A stretch of DNA of 64,000 nucleotides from Octopus vulgaris (GCA_951406725.2 OX597842.1:20088001-20152000), one strand, 5' to 3'; positions 11,490 to 23,520 are shown, numbered from the stretch's first letter. The notes: a model not told the origin generated them from the sequence alone. Translations and numbers: made by a program.

Positions 11490-12532
11490 TTTGTGCAACG
11501 TGGAATGTGCTTCGTGGAATGTGTGCATCGCGGAATGTGCTTTGTGGAATATGTGCAACACAGAATGTGTGCATCATGGAATATGTGCATCATGGAATAT
11601 GTGCATCACAGAATGTGCTTTGTGGAATATGTGCATTGTGGAATGTGCTTCGTGGAATATGTGTAACGTGGAATGTGTGCATCGCGGAATGTGCTTTGTG
11701 GAATATGTGCAACACAGAATGTGTGCATCATGGAATATGTGCATCATGGAATATGTGCATCAGAGAATGTGCTTTGTGGAATATGTGCATTGTGGAATGT
11801 GATTCGTGGAATATGTGTAACGTGGAATGTGTGCATCGCGGAATGTGTGCATCATGGAATATGTGCATCACAGAATGTGCTTTGTGGAATATGTGCATTG
11901 TGGAATGTGCTTCGTGGAATATGTGTAACGTGGAATGTGTGCATCGCGGAATGTGCTTCATGGAATATGTGCAATGCAGAATGTGTGCAACACAGAATGT
12001 GTGCATTATGGAATATGTGCATCACAGGATGCACTTCATGGAAGATATGCATTGCAGAATGTGCTTTGTGGAATATGTGCAATGTGGAATATATGTATTG
12101 TAGAATATGTGCTTTGTGGAATATATGCAATGCAGAATGTGCTTCGTGGAATATGTGCATCGCGGAATATGTGCTTTGTGGAATATGTGCATCATGGAAT
12201 GCGCTTCGTGGAATATGTGCATTGTGGAATATATGTATTACGGAATATGTGCATCGCGAAATATGTGCATCAGGGGAATGTGCTTTGTGGAATATGTGCA
12301 TCGCAGAATGTGCTTCGTGGAATATGTGCATCGTGGAATATATGTATTGTGGAATATGTGCATCGGGAATGCGCTTCGTGGAATATATGCATCGCAGAAT
12401 GTGCTTCGTGGAATATGTGCATCGTGGAATATATGTATTGCGGAATATGTGCATCGCAGAGTGTGCTTCGTGGAATATGTGCTTCGTGGAATATGTGCAT
12501 ATCGGAATGTGTGCATCGTGGAATATGTGTAA
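11490..12532. repeat. Satellite of 14-18 bp GTGGAAT(A/G)TGTGCATC-type units
   Basis: About 1 kb of variant units, with a 154-bp higher-order period at the left (cgtggaatgtgtgcatcgcgg at 11513, 11667, 11821). Confidence 0.9.
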
Positions 12533-12915
12533 CTCGTAAACAAATGAAAGTGTGCAGTGCAAACAGAACAATAATAAAATAAGCAAAAATAACAAACTTA
12601 GCTGAAAATAGTGTCCTTTGTCTACAGCTGAAAGTGAATAGATGTGCATGCAAATGAAAAGAGTTGCTGAAAGTCTATGTGAGAGACTTACGTCCATGCA
12701 AAAGTTCACAAACCATGCAGGGTTTGTACATCAGGATGAGACGAAAAGCGTGTGTGTGCTGAAAAGGTTGCATGTGCGGGCTTCCATATTTTCTTCCAGT
12801 TAGTTTCTTGGCATGTAAGCGAATACCTTGTGCGTCGGCTGTGTTGCATCGCAGCGAAGTGCATCGTAGATTGCATTGCAGAATAGTGCTTCCTGTAGCA
12901 GATCGATGGATTCGA

Positions 12916-13141
12916 AAATCATTTGCTGCATCTAAAACTGAGACAACATCATACACACGGAAAGCGTGTGTATAGAATTATAAAATTATTTTGTTTGTTA
13001 ATTGTTTAAATCACTTTCCATTGCTTTCGGGTTTTTTTACACGCGTAACAATTAAATTAATTTAACAATTAAGAAAAAAAAAATTAGGGTTAGGGTTAGT
13101 TACAGGATGTTGTCTCAGTTTTAGACGCAGCAAATGATTTT
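12916..13141. mobile_element. MITE with ~35-bp TIRs
   Basis: aaaatcatttgctgcatctaaaactgagacaacatc ... gatgttgtctcagttttagacgcagcaaatgatttt. Confidence 0.7.
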
Positions 13142-13971
13142 AGTTGAATGGAGGTAATTGATTGGTTAAAATTGCCAAAATGCTCGGATTTTCAGACGAA
13201 ATATCTTACAAACTATAGAATTTTCTCAATAAAGCCAAGAAAAAATGATGTTTTATAAACACATTCTACCAGTATACGAAGTTTAAAAGTGTTTAGTTAC
13301 GTGGAAATTATTTTTAAAAAACTGCCGTTCAAACCGAAAAGATCCCAAATATCTTACAAACTATAGAATTTTCTCAATAAAGCCAAGAGAAAAAGATGTT
13401 TTATAAACACATTCTACCAGTATACGAAGTTTAAAAGTGTTTAGTTAACTAGAAATTGTGTTGACATCCACAGTTCATAAGGAAAAGATCCATTTTTTTT
13501 TAATAGCATAAATGCTTTTATGGGGACAAAAATATTGAAAAACATGAATACATGTTAGAGTGAGGAAGAAACAAGAAAGGTGGTTGTGGGATGTGTTAGA
13601 AACAACAGGCAGATCTCCCTTAAATCACACACCTTCCTTTACTCATAACTTTCTGACAAATGGATATTAAAGGATATATTGGAATTTGTTGTGAAAAAGT
13701 TTTCCGAGGGTGGGGTGAAAAGTTTTGGAAAATTCACATCAGTTGGTTTTATTTCCTCGTAACTTTTGGAAAAATGGATATTTCTTTAGTGGAATTTCCT
13801 ACAAATATCATTCGGATTGTGAAGGTAACGATTATCTCAGAATTTAATATGTAAACAAAATTTGTGGGCTCACACACATACATAATTACATACACATCGT
13901 GAATTGAAACTTGAAATTTTGATAGAAAAATGTTATCTGTCAGTATGTGTGTGTGTGTGCAAACCCATCTC

Positions 13972-14355
13972 TTTTTACTCTTTTACTTGTTTCAGTCATT
14001 TGACTGCGGCCATGCTGGAGCACCGCCTTTAATCAAGCAAATCGACCCCAGGACTTATTCTTTGTAAGCCCAGTACTTATTCTATCGGTCTCTTTTGCAG
14101 AACTGCTAAGTGATGGGAACGTAAACACACCAGCATCGGTTGTCAAGCAATGCTAGGGGGACAAACACAGACACACAAACACACACATATATACGACAGG
14201 CTTCTTTCAGTTTCCGTCTACCAAATCCACTCACAAGGCATTGGTCGGCCCGAGGCTATAGCAGAAGACACTTACCCAAGATGCCATGCAGTGGGACTGA
14301 ACCCGGAACCATGTGGTTGGTTAGCAAGCTACTTACCACACAGCCACTCCTGCGC
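13972..14355 (-). mobile_element. Full-length S2 SINE
   Basis: Head ggagTGGCTGTGTGG..GGTTCAGTCCC, internal (CA/TA)n and conserved tail. Confidence 0.85.
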
Positions 14356-14842
14356 TCATCAATTAGTTTTTTATTTTTTTAGAATAGGTTTCAATATAAT
14401 TGTAATCTACAACATCTGAAGCATATTTGTTGCAAATTTCGTTTAAAAGAATATTCATTTTTCTGGACGATATGAGGAAAGAAAGGTGTATGGACGTGGG
14501 GAGGGGGCACTTAAATATAATGAAATTATTGTATACAGTGCTCAGGTGCACCACAACTTGTGTAGATATGCCTTTACTTCTTTCAGCAATTTGACTGTGG
14601 CCATGCTGGAGCGTCATCTCAAAGCGATTTAGTCAAACAAATTGACCCCAGGACTTATTTTTAAGCCTAGAACTAATTGTATTGATATCTTTTTGCCGAA
14701 ACACTAAATTAGAGGGACCTTATCACATCAACACCTGCTGACAAGTGGGGACAGGATGATTAAAAAGAGACCAAAGATAAACACACACACACATAGAAAC
14801 TGAAAAGAGCCTATCGTGTAAATATATATATATATATATATA

Positions 14843-15130
14843 CTAGCAGTATCGCCTGGCGTTGCTCGGGTTTGTAAGGGAAATAACTATATAAGCATTT
14901 TTAGAGAGTTATAGCCAAAAAAATAGCCAAAAAATGCATTAAAATGGAAAAAAATGATGGTAAATTTTTTTTTAAATCATAGACGCGCACTAATACCCAG
15001 AAGGGCTTGATATGAATCATGACTATAAGATACCCGGTTTTGGTTAAACTGCACCGCAAAATGTGGGAGTAGTTAGGAATCTAAATCATAGGAGACAGAC
15101 AGCACACAACCTCTCTTTTATATATAAAGA
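14843..15130 (-). mobile_element. Non-autonomous Helitron
   Basis: Minus strand starts 5'-TCTTTATATATAAAAG, has the subterminal hairpin cccgagcaacgccagg and ends CTAG-3'. Inserted between A and T. Confidence 0.75.
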
Positions 15131-15304
15131 TATAGTACAAAGTGAGATAGGGGTTATGAGTGTAACCCACTATGGGATATCATTTATCCAATATACTGCC
15201 AGTAAAGTACCCAGAAAGGCTAATACATAAATGCTAAGAATTGCAATGCAATTCATTTATTGTATTATATGGGCGAAGGTAAAATGTTTTACCTCAAACT
15301 CATA

Positions 15305-15790
15305 ATACAAAATAAGAAAATGGAGGAATAGATTTCTTTCAATCATCAACTTTCAGATAATACCAATTCATATAATTTATTAACTAATTTATTAAATAGG
15401 ACCATCCAAATCCAACAGAATAAGACAGAATAAAACAATATACATCTATAAGTAAGATAATACCATAAAAATAATACACATAAAATGGATCTTAAAGCTG
15501 TTTCAGCCTAGGCCTTGAGATATATATATATAAGTAACTCATTTTTAACTGCATATTACCTCAATACATCTGACTAATATGGGCATAATGAGATACCCTT
15601 ATCTATAGGCTGAAACAGCTGTAAGATCCATTTTATATGTATTATTTTTATGGTATTATCTTATTGATGTATATTGTTTCATTCTGTTTTACTCTGTTGG
15701 ATTTGGATGTTCCTATTTAATTAGTTAATAAATTATATGAATTGGTATTATCTGTAAGATGATGATTCTAAGGAATCTATTCCTCCTCCT
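15305..15790. repeat. Long imperfect palindrome (arms ~200 bp), possibly Penelope-derived
   Basis: cagataataccaattcatataatttattaac..agctgtttcagccta / taggctgaaacagctg..gttaataaattatatgaattggtattatctg. Confidence 0.65.
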
Positions 15791-16704
15791 CATCATCATT
15801 TAGTGTCCGCTTTCCATGCTGGCATGGGTTGGACGGTGCAACTGGGGTCTGGGAAGCCAGAAGGCTGCACCAGGCCCAGTCTGATCTGGCAATGTTTCTA
15901 CAGCTGGATGCCCTTCCTAACACCAACCACTCCATGAGTGTAGTGGGTGCTTTTTACGTGCCACCGACACGGAGGCCAGGTGAGACTGGCAACGGCCACG
16001 ATCAGATGGTGCTTTTTACGTGCCACCAGCATGGAGGCCAGGCGAGGCTGGCAACGATCGGATGGTGCTTTTTACGTGCCACCAGCATGGAGGCCAGGCG
16101 AGGCTGGCAAACGGCCACGATCGGATGGTGCTTTTTACGTGCCACCAGCACGGAGGTCGGGACGGCGCTGGCAACAGCCACATTCGGATGGTTCTCTTAT
16201 GTGCCACCGGCACTGGTATCACATCTACAATTTCCATTCATGTTGATCGATTTTGATTTTTGATTTTGATTTTTCTTATTTTGTATATATCTATATATAT
16301 ATGTATATACACACATATACTCGTGACAGGCTTCTTTCATTTTCTTTCTACCAAATCCACTCACAAGGCTTTGAGTGCCCCATGGTTTTAGTAGCAAACA
16401 CCTGATCTAAGAGCCACGCAGTGTGACCGAACCAATGTGGCTGGAATGCAAACTTCTTACCACACAGCCATCCTAAATCGCTTAAAGAAATAAGCTGCAA
16501 AATAAACCTAATTAACAATCTTATTCTTAATTATTTCAAGCTGTTAAAATTAATGATGATGACTGATTGAAATAACGATAATGAAATACCATAAATATCT
16601 TTTATAAAACGTTTACATTACTTAATTGAAATAAGCTAATTAACAGTCTTATTCTTAATTATTTCAAGCGATCCATTCTAAATTAAAACTACATACACGA
16701 ATAG

Positions 16705-17024
16705 GCACAGGGGTGGCTGTGTGGTAAGTAGCTTGTTTACCAACCACATGGTTCCAGGTTCATTCCCACTGTGTGGCATCTTGGGCAAGTGTCTTCTACT
16801 ATAGCCTCGGGCCAACCAAAGCTTTGTGAGTGGATTTGGTAGACGGAAACTGAAAGAAGCCTGTCGTATATATGTAGGTGTAGGAGTGGCTGTGTGGTAA
16901 GTAGCTTGTTTACCAACCACATGGTTCCGGGTTCAGTCCCACTGTGTGACACCTTGGGCAAGTGGCCCCATGTTGACCAAAGCCTTGTGAGTGGATTTGG
17001 TAGACGGAAACTGAAAGAAGCCCG

Positions 17025-17064
<40 letters not shown>

Positions 17065-17275
17065 TTGTGTGTCTGTGTTTGTCCCCCCAACATAGCTTGA
17101 CAACCAATGCTGGTGTGTTTATGTTCCTGTAACTTAGTGGTTCAGCAAAAGAGACCGATAGAATAAGTACTGGGCTTACAAAGAATAAGTCCTGGGGTCG
17201 ATTTGCTCAACTGAAGGCGGTGCTCCAGCATGGCCTCAGTCAAATGACTGAAAGAAGTAAAAGAGTAAAAGAGAA
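16705..17275 (+). mobile_element. S2 SINE with duplicated head
   Basis: Two heads (about 16710 and 16882) followed by one tail. Confidence 0.8.
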
Positions 17276-17609
17276 TAGATAACATAATAATATTTGGCCA
17301 CAAGAATTTTTAGAAGGAAATCTTAGTGGAAAGTTAGCCTTAAGGTTGAGCGTACACAATGTGTGTATGTGTGTTTGTGTGTGCATGCATACATACATAA
17401 AAGCATGCGTATGTGAATTCTACACTCTATATTAAGTAGGTACAGTTCAAATGTCAAGTGGTATTATTTAGTTCTGGGAAATTTATGATGCTGAAGTGTT
17501 TAGACTTCTGACCTTCTTTTATGTCGAACAAAGTAAATAATCTTTTGGCGACTAGCTAGCACGGATGCGCGTGTGCGCCCGCACCGGGTCCAGTCTCCAC
17601 GACTAGTGC

Positions 17610-17743
17610 CTGCCTTTCATCCTTTCGGGGTCGATAAATTAAGTACCAGTCACGCACTGGGGTCGATGTAATCGACTTAATACCTATGTCTGTTCTTGTT
17701 TGTCCCCTCTATGTTTAGCCCCTTGTGGGTAATAAAGAAATAG
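17610..17743 (+). mobile_element. 5'-truncated SINE (family S4) with Tx1-like tail
   Basis: gcctttcatcctttcggggtcgataaattaagtaccag core, ending tgtcccctctatgtttagccccttgtgggtaataaagaaatag. Second copy at about 46868-47012. Confidence 0.7.
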
Positions 17744-17918
17744 ATATCATCTTAATTATAGACTAAATAGGTATCATCTTAATTATAGACTCAGCCGACA
17801 GCTGTACTCGTCCCAGATGCGATAACACGTATTCTGCGTAACTTATGAAGTCTGACAGCTGCCGACAATGTACAAAAGCGTGCTGGACGGTTTCATCGTC
17901 CAAGTAAGTAGTCGATCC

Positions 17919-18443
17919 ATTTCAGAGCGCAAAAGGAGAAAGAGGAAAAAAAGAAAAGACACGGAGTATGATGTGGCACCCCAGTCCAACCCCCATCGCA
18001 CCCAAGACTACTCAGACCCACCCTCCCCATACAGACACCAAACCCACCCGCCCCATTTCCCCTCAAGAAAAAAAGAAAAAGAAAGAACAGACACCACAAA
18101 ATTTAGAAGACCCCGCTCCCGGTGAAAAAGGTTATGTATGCATGACGGAGAGAATGTTATCATTATGTGACAGTGAAAAGGGAAAAAAGGATTGGACGAG
18201 AAGAGAAAAAGGACTCAGGACCCAGAGACAGCGAGTTGTGTTACTCAGTGTGGGGTGAGTAGCACACTCTTCATAATATCATTTTCAGATATCATTCATA
18301 TTATCATATTTTAATTTGTTCTTCATGTGCATTTTCATCCATTATATCATATTTTATTTTTTAATTGTTATATGTCCCCACATGTGTTGTAGTGTCCCCT
18401 CTGTGTATTTATTGCCTTTTTGGCAAATTTAATAAAATAAAGG
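17919..18443 (+). mobile_element. 525-bp retroposed insertion with 13-bp TSD
   Basis: TSD AAGTAGTCGATCC at 17906-17918 and 18444-18456. The 3' end tgtcccctctgtgt..aataaaataaagg resembles the Tx1-type tail. Confidence 0.65.
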
Positions 18444-18746
18444 AAGTAGTCGATCCTACATCGACCTGCGCGTATGCAAATGAGTTGATTTTACAAAATA
18501 AAATAAAAGAACTTTTTAAAGTAAGTAAATAAATTATTTCTTAGAACAATGAATATAATTTTTTTACACAAATCAAATAAAATGTGTGTGATATATTCTT
18601 TTAGTTTTCATATTCTTCAGTTTTTAATCATGTGTGGTGTGTGTATACGCACCCATACAAATAGATATTTTATATGTGTTTATGTGTGATATATTCTTTT
18701 ACTAGTTTTTAGTTTTTGGACAGCATCCATAGTAGATACATCATTC

Positions 18747-18798
<52 letters not shown>

Positions 18799-18844
18799 TG
18801 AGGGAGATAAATTAATATATATATATATATACACTGCAACATAA

Positions 18845-19128
18845 TTTCTTTTCCTCAACAGACCCTGCCCTATTTAATATTGTCCCGAGGGAGATCAAAG
18901 AGGAAAAGGATCCCATCAACTTTAAACGGAGTCTAGATAGATTCCTTCAAAGAATACCAGATAAGCCACCCATAATTGGATACAACTCACCCAACAAGAA
19001 CTTACTACTTGAACAAAACTTGACTCAAACAGGATTTAGATAATCCTATCAGGTGGTGCTATTAAGTTAGACATGGCCTGGACCAATCCTTGGTCGAAAC
19101 ATATCTAAGTTTTATCTAAGTTCTAAGT
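18845..19128 (+). mobile_element. CR1/L2-group LINE 3' end
   Basis: PALFNIVPREIK..FKRSLDRFLQRIPDKP. 3' stem-loop gaccaa-tcc-ttggtc and (tctaagt)n tail. Confidence 0.65.
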
Positions 19129-19603
19129 TTTATATCTCTTATTATAAAAGGCAGATTTTATCTGCCTCCCTTTGGGAGTTATACAAATCTACAATATAGG
19201 ATTTCTTCAATTACAATTTACCTAGCAATTTTAAGAGTACAATGCATCGCGTCATGCCAGGTCCAGTTTTTAAAATTTAAACTCCAATTAAGCAAAATTT
19301 ACAGAAAACTCACATTCTGGTGTGTGTGTCAAATGCTTTTCTTAGTCTGGTTTACACCACACGCAAACGCACACACACAGTGGGCAGCGAATAAAATGAA
19401 AGTAATTGACTTACTGTAGTGAGTGATTCTTTCACTCTGCCTCCCACTTCCTCTTTCAACACAGACACGCAAATATATAAATAAAATTGTAAGCTAACGT
19501 GCGTGTGTGTGAGTGGGTGTGTGTGGGTGTGCGCGCGTGTGTGTGTGTGAGGGTGCGTGAGTGTGTGACAGGAAAGTTTTTTACGACGAATATAAGTAGC
19601 AGA

Positions 19604-20080
19604 AAGATAAGACAGTAAGGTGTGATTTGAGGGAGATTTGGCTGCTATTTCTACCATGTCTAGCTGCCATGTAGGGGTCTCCCTCATAGGCTCATACATA
19701 CATATATACATAGATAAGACAGTAAGGTGTGATTTGGGGGAAATTTGGCTGCTATTTCTACCAGGTCTAGCTGCCATGTAGGGGTCTCCCTCATAGGCTC
19801 ATACATACATATATACATAGATAAGACAGTAAGGTGTGATTTGGGGGAAATTTGGCTGCTATTTCTACCAGGTCTAGCTGCCATGTAGGGGTCTCCCTCA
19901 TAGGCTCATACATACATATATACATAGATAAGACAGTAAGGTGTGATTTGGGGGAAATTTGGCTGCTATCTCTACCAGGTCTAGCTACCATGTAGAGGTC
20001 CCCCTCATTGGCTCATATATATATACATAAGACAGTAAGGTGTGATTTGAGGGAGATTTGGCTGCTGTTTCTACCAGGTC
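19604..20080. repeat. 107-bp minisatellite, ~4.5 copies
   Basis: agataagacagtaaggtgtgatttg..ggctcatacatacatatatacat repeated. Identical ORFs in the track are spaced 107 bp apart. Confidence 0.9.
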
Positions 20081-20428
20081 TGTTAGGCCTTCTCATGTAA
20101 ACTCAAGCTTTCTTATGCCTTGAACATAAGACCAAAGCAGAGAATGTATTCTTTTATTCTTCTGCTTTTTCCAGCCATTGGTCTGTGGCCATGCTGGGGC
20201 AATGCCTTGAAGAATTGTAGTTTAATGAATCAACTCCAGTTTTATTTTTGTAAGCATTGTACTTATTCTATCTGTTTCCTTTGTCAAACCACTAGGTGAC
20301 AGGGATGTAAACAAACCAACATTCGTTGTCAAGCAGTGGTGGAGGACAATCACAAGCACAGACACGCACACACACACACATACATGCATACATACATATA
20401 TATATATATGTGTGTATATATATATATA

Positions 20429-20687
20429 TTGCAGCGTGGAAGGTGTTTGTAAGCCATTTAAGAAACACACAAAAACCGTTACATTCACTTCAACATTTAA
20501 ATTTAATTTGCCAAAATATTTTCGTCGCTTTGAGACCGCGACCTGTTCACTGACAAAAATATCGTGCTAACAGGTCGCGGTCTCAAAGCGACGAAAATAT
20601 TTTGACAAATTAAATTTAAATGTTGAAGTGAATCTAACGGTTTTTGTGTGTTTCTTAAATGGCTTATAAACACCTTCAACGCTGCAA
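20429..20687. repeat. Near-perfect 119-bp-arm hairpin element
   Basis: Arms 20429-20547 and 20569-20687 with a 21-nt loop. Confidence 0.85.
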
Positions 20688-20833
20688 CTGTTTTCGTTCC
20701 AGCACACGATCTCAGATCAAGTCACTTGCTATGCAAGTACATCTCTGTAACTATATATATATATGTATATTGTTAAAAACAGTAAGATAACAAAAGAAAG
20801 AAAGAGACCTCAATATTATGTAAATAGAGGAAA

Positions 20834-21229
20834 TCTTTATATATAAAAGTGAGGTTGTGTGTCTGTCTCCTACGATTTAGATTCCTAACTACTCCCACAT
20901 TTTGCGGTGCAGTTTAACCAAAACCGGGTATCTTATAGTCGTGATTCATATCGAGACCGTCTGGGTATTAGCGCGCGTCTACGATGAGTCTACGATTTAA
21001 AAAAAAAATTACCATCAATTTTTCCCATTTTTAATCCATTTTTGACATATATAAGGGAAGTAACTCTCAAAAAATGTATTATTAAATCTCAGAACGTAAA
21101 AAGCTACAGTAACACCCCTCCCCCGTTGTGGTTAGCCATATTGAGATGGCTATTATACTTTACATCTCTAAAAATGCTTATATAATTATTTCCCTTACAA
21201 ACCCGAGCAACGCCGGGCGATACTGCTAG
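20834..21229 (+). mobile_element. Non-autonomous Helitron (same family as 14843-15130)
   Basis: A|TCTTTATATATAAAAG ... cccgagcaacgccggg cgatactgCTAG|T. Confidence 0.8.
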
Positions 21230-21377
21230 TATATATATAATTGCAAACATATAAGGCATGGCCATGATAGGACATCCGACTCACTAGAAAGAGCAGTTAA
21301 ACTCCAAACCACTAATAGTTGTAATTCTGAAATGGAAAGAGAAATAAAAGGTTAAACGTTTTGGCGATCTTTCGTCT

Positions 21378-22360
21378 CTAGTAGACATTTCCGTCGATTT
21401 CCGTAAAAAATTTTTGGTTAATATCTAGATCCGCACCCGGTGGGAAAAATGAGATCCGCACCCGGTGGGAAAAATGGAAACGAAAATGTGTAACAGTTGT
21501 AAGGCATCGTATATTGACGGAATAAGACGGGAAAAAAGCGCGCTGACAAACGGGGGGTGGGGGGCTCGGGAAATTCCCAGGATCAACCGTAGAGGATCCA
21601 CGCCCAGGTGGCAAAAATGGAAAAAAATATGTGTAACAGGTGTAAGGCATCGTATATTGAAGGAACTAACGCAGCGAAAATTTTGAAAAGTTCCCCCAGT
21701 TCTGAAAAAAATCGATAAATTCGACATGGGGTCGCGAATCAGAAACACAATGGTGAAAATTGATGGTAAATTTTTCTTTAAATCGTAGGCAATTTTCCAA
21801 GCCCCTCCCCCCCCCGTTTGTCAGCGCGCTTTTTTTTCGTCATATTCCTTCAATATACGATGCCTTACAACTGTTACACATTTTCGTTTCCATTTTTCCC
21901 ACCGGGTGCGGATCTCATTTTTCCCACCGGGTGCGGATCTAGATATTAACCAAATTTTTTTTTTTTTTACATATGGGCTTGCGGGAACTTTTGAAGTAAT
22001 GAGAGCGAAAGAGACTAAGAGAAAGCGATTGTATGACGAGGGAAGTTCTTTTGAAGTTACCGAAGCATTGATGTACATGTGTGTGTGTGTTTGATGGGGT
22101 GTGTGAGACAGACAGTATGTTGTGTAAGTGAAGTGCTTCTGTTAGCGTGTGCGAAGAGACAGAGAGAGTAATGTGTGAAAGAGAGATAACTGAATTTTTT
22201 TACTCGGTGGTATGTGTATATGTATGTATGCATGTATGTGTGTGTGTGTGTGTATGTATCTATGTATGTGTGTGTGTATGTATATTACTTCAAAAGTTCC
22301 CGCAAGCCCATATGTAAAAAAAAGAAGTTTTTTACGGAAATCGACGGAAAGGTCTACTAG
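21378..22360. mobile_element. MITE (TIR ctagtagac..ttccgtcgatttccgtaaaaa..tacatatgggcttgcggg) carrying a nested MITE
   Basis: The left TIR is split by the insertion at 21416-21951. The right TIR (22283-22360) is intact. Confidence 0.7.
21416..21951. mobile_element. Nested MITE with ~150-bp TIRs and 8-bp TSD
   Basis: ggttaatatctagatccgcacccgg.. / ..ccgggtgcggatctagatattaacc. TSD AAATTTTT at 21408-21415 and 21952-21959. Confidence 0.75.
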
Positions 22361-22496
22361 GCGATCTTACCCAAATCTTTTAAGAGCTTAGGGCCTCGAC
22401 GGCCCTGCCCAACATTGGAATTAAAAAACACTTACCCGAGAACAAGTATTCCAGTAACGACGACGTGGCATCTGCTGTCGAAGACTAAAAAGAGTG

Positions 22497-22711
22497 TGTG
22501 GTGTGGTGATGAGGGAGTGTGACAGAGAGTGAGGGAGCGGAAGTGGGTCTTGCAGGTCTCATGCGCCGGCGGAAGAGAACGACGCCAAGACGACAAGACG
22601 CTAGCAAGTTGGCTCAAGGCGAATCCGGCTTCATCTCTACAGGTAAGACCAAATTACACTTCTAATTCTTTTCCTTGTTCTGTTACGCTCCTTTTCACCA
22701 CATCTATCACA
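22497..22711 (+). repeat. 5' LTR (215 bp)
   Basis: tgtggtgtggtgatgagg...catctatcaca; matches the 3' LTR apart from three indels. Confidence 0.92.
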
Positions 22712-22723
22712 AGCTATTTCGGC
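22712..22723 (+). promoter_or_regulatory. Non-canonical primer-binding site, complementary to tRNA-Phe nt 1-12
   Basis: AGCTATTTCGGC directly abuts the LTR. Its reverse complement GCCGAAATAGCT is the 5' end of metazoan tRNA-Phe(GAA) as I recall it from human/Drosophila. There is no TGG start. Confidence 0.75.
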
Positions 22724-22764
22724 AAAATAATCACTCGGTTTCGTGAAAATAAAAAATAAAAATT

Positions 22765-23520
22765 ATGCAGACTGCTATGATTTCACGCGACCCTATAACA
22801 CCGTTTTGCGGCGACACCGACGTGGTCGCTTGGTTGAGGAGGGTGAAGTTGGTGGCGAAGCTACACGGCATAGCTGACCTGGCTAGTTTTATGCCGTTGT
22901 ATTTGGATGGCCCGGCGTTGGCGTTATATCTGGAGATGGAGGAAGCGGACCAACGCAGCGCGGACGAGGTGGAGATCCGACTTATGGAGGCCTTCGCGGA
23001 AGGAATGTTCGAAGCGTACACTCGACTGGGTAGGATGAGGTGGACAGGACAGCAGGTGGACGTGTTCGCCGGCGAGCTTAGAAGGTTGGCAAAACTTGCG
23101 GGATATGAGGGAGAGTCGCTAGAACGCACGGTCAGGTTAGCGTTCGTGACCGGCTTTCCCGACATCATGTCGGTCGAGCTACAGAAGCTCCCGAACGTGC
23201 GGTCGATGCCGATGGCCGAGATTATATCGCGGGCACGTGTACTGGTGTCGTGCAGCAGGTCGACGTCGGTAGCAGCGACTGCAACGTCGAAAAGTGGCCC
23301 AGCTAGGAGCAACGGAGAGGGGCTGGGGAAAGAACGTGTGCGGTCGTTTAAGGGACAGTGTTTCCGGTGCCAGGGCCCACACATGGTCCGTGACTGCGCG
23401 TCGCCCAAGCCCGAGGTGATTTGCTACCGGTGCCGAGAGCCGGGGCATGTGGCCAGCGAGTGTCTGCGGGGAAACGGACCGCGGGAGACTACTGCGCCGG
23501 TAGTTGTCCCTTTGGATTAG
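22765..23520 (+). CDS. gag: Gag with two CCHC zinc knuckles
   Basis: 251-aa ORF containing CFRCQGPHMVRDC and CYRCREPGHVASEC. Confidence 0.9.
   Translation: MQTAMISRDPITPFCGDTDVVAWLRRVKLVAKLHGIADLASFMPLYLDGPALALYLEMEEADQRSADEVEIRLMEAFAEGMFEAYTRLGRMRWTGQQVDVFAGELRRLAKLAGYEGESLERTVRLAFVTGFPDIMSVELQKLPNVRSMPMAEIISRARVLVSCSRSTSVAATATSKSGPARSNGEGLGKERVRSFKGQCFRCQGPHMVRDCASPKPEVICYRCREPGHVASECLRGNGPRETTAPVVVPLD

Noticed and set aside
11315-12709. Cys-rich keratin-associated/metallothionein-like ORFs
   Set aside because: Open in many frames on both strands, with unit lengths that are not multiples of 3; a satellite artefact.
13085-13100. TTAGGG repeats as telomere remnants (also about 27930 and 47555)
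   Set aside because: Only 2-3 units, at a fixed position inside MITE families.
22712-22723. Tf1-like self-priming as the explanation for the PBS
   Set aside because: No GCCGAAATAGCT-like complement is present in either LTR.
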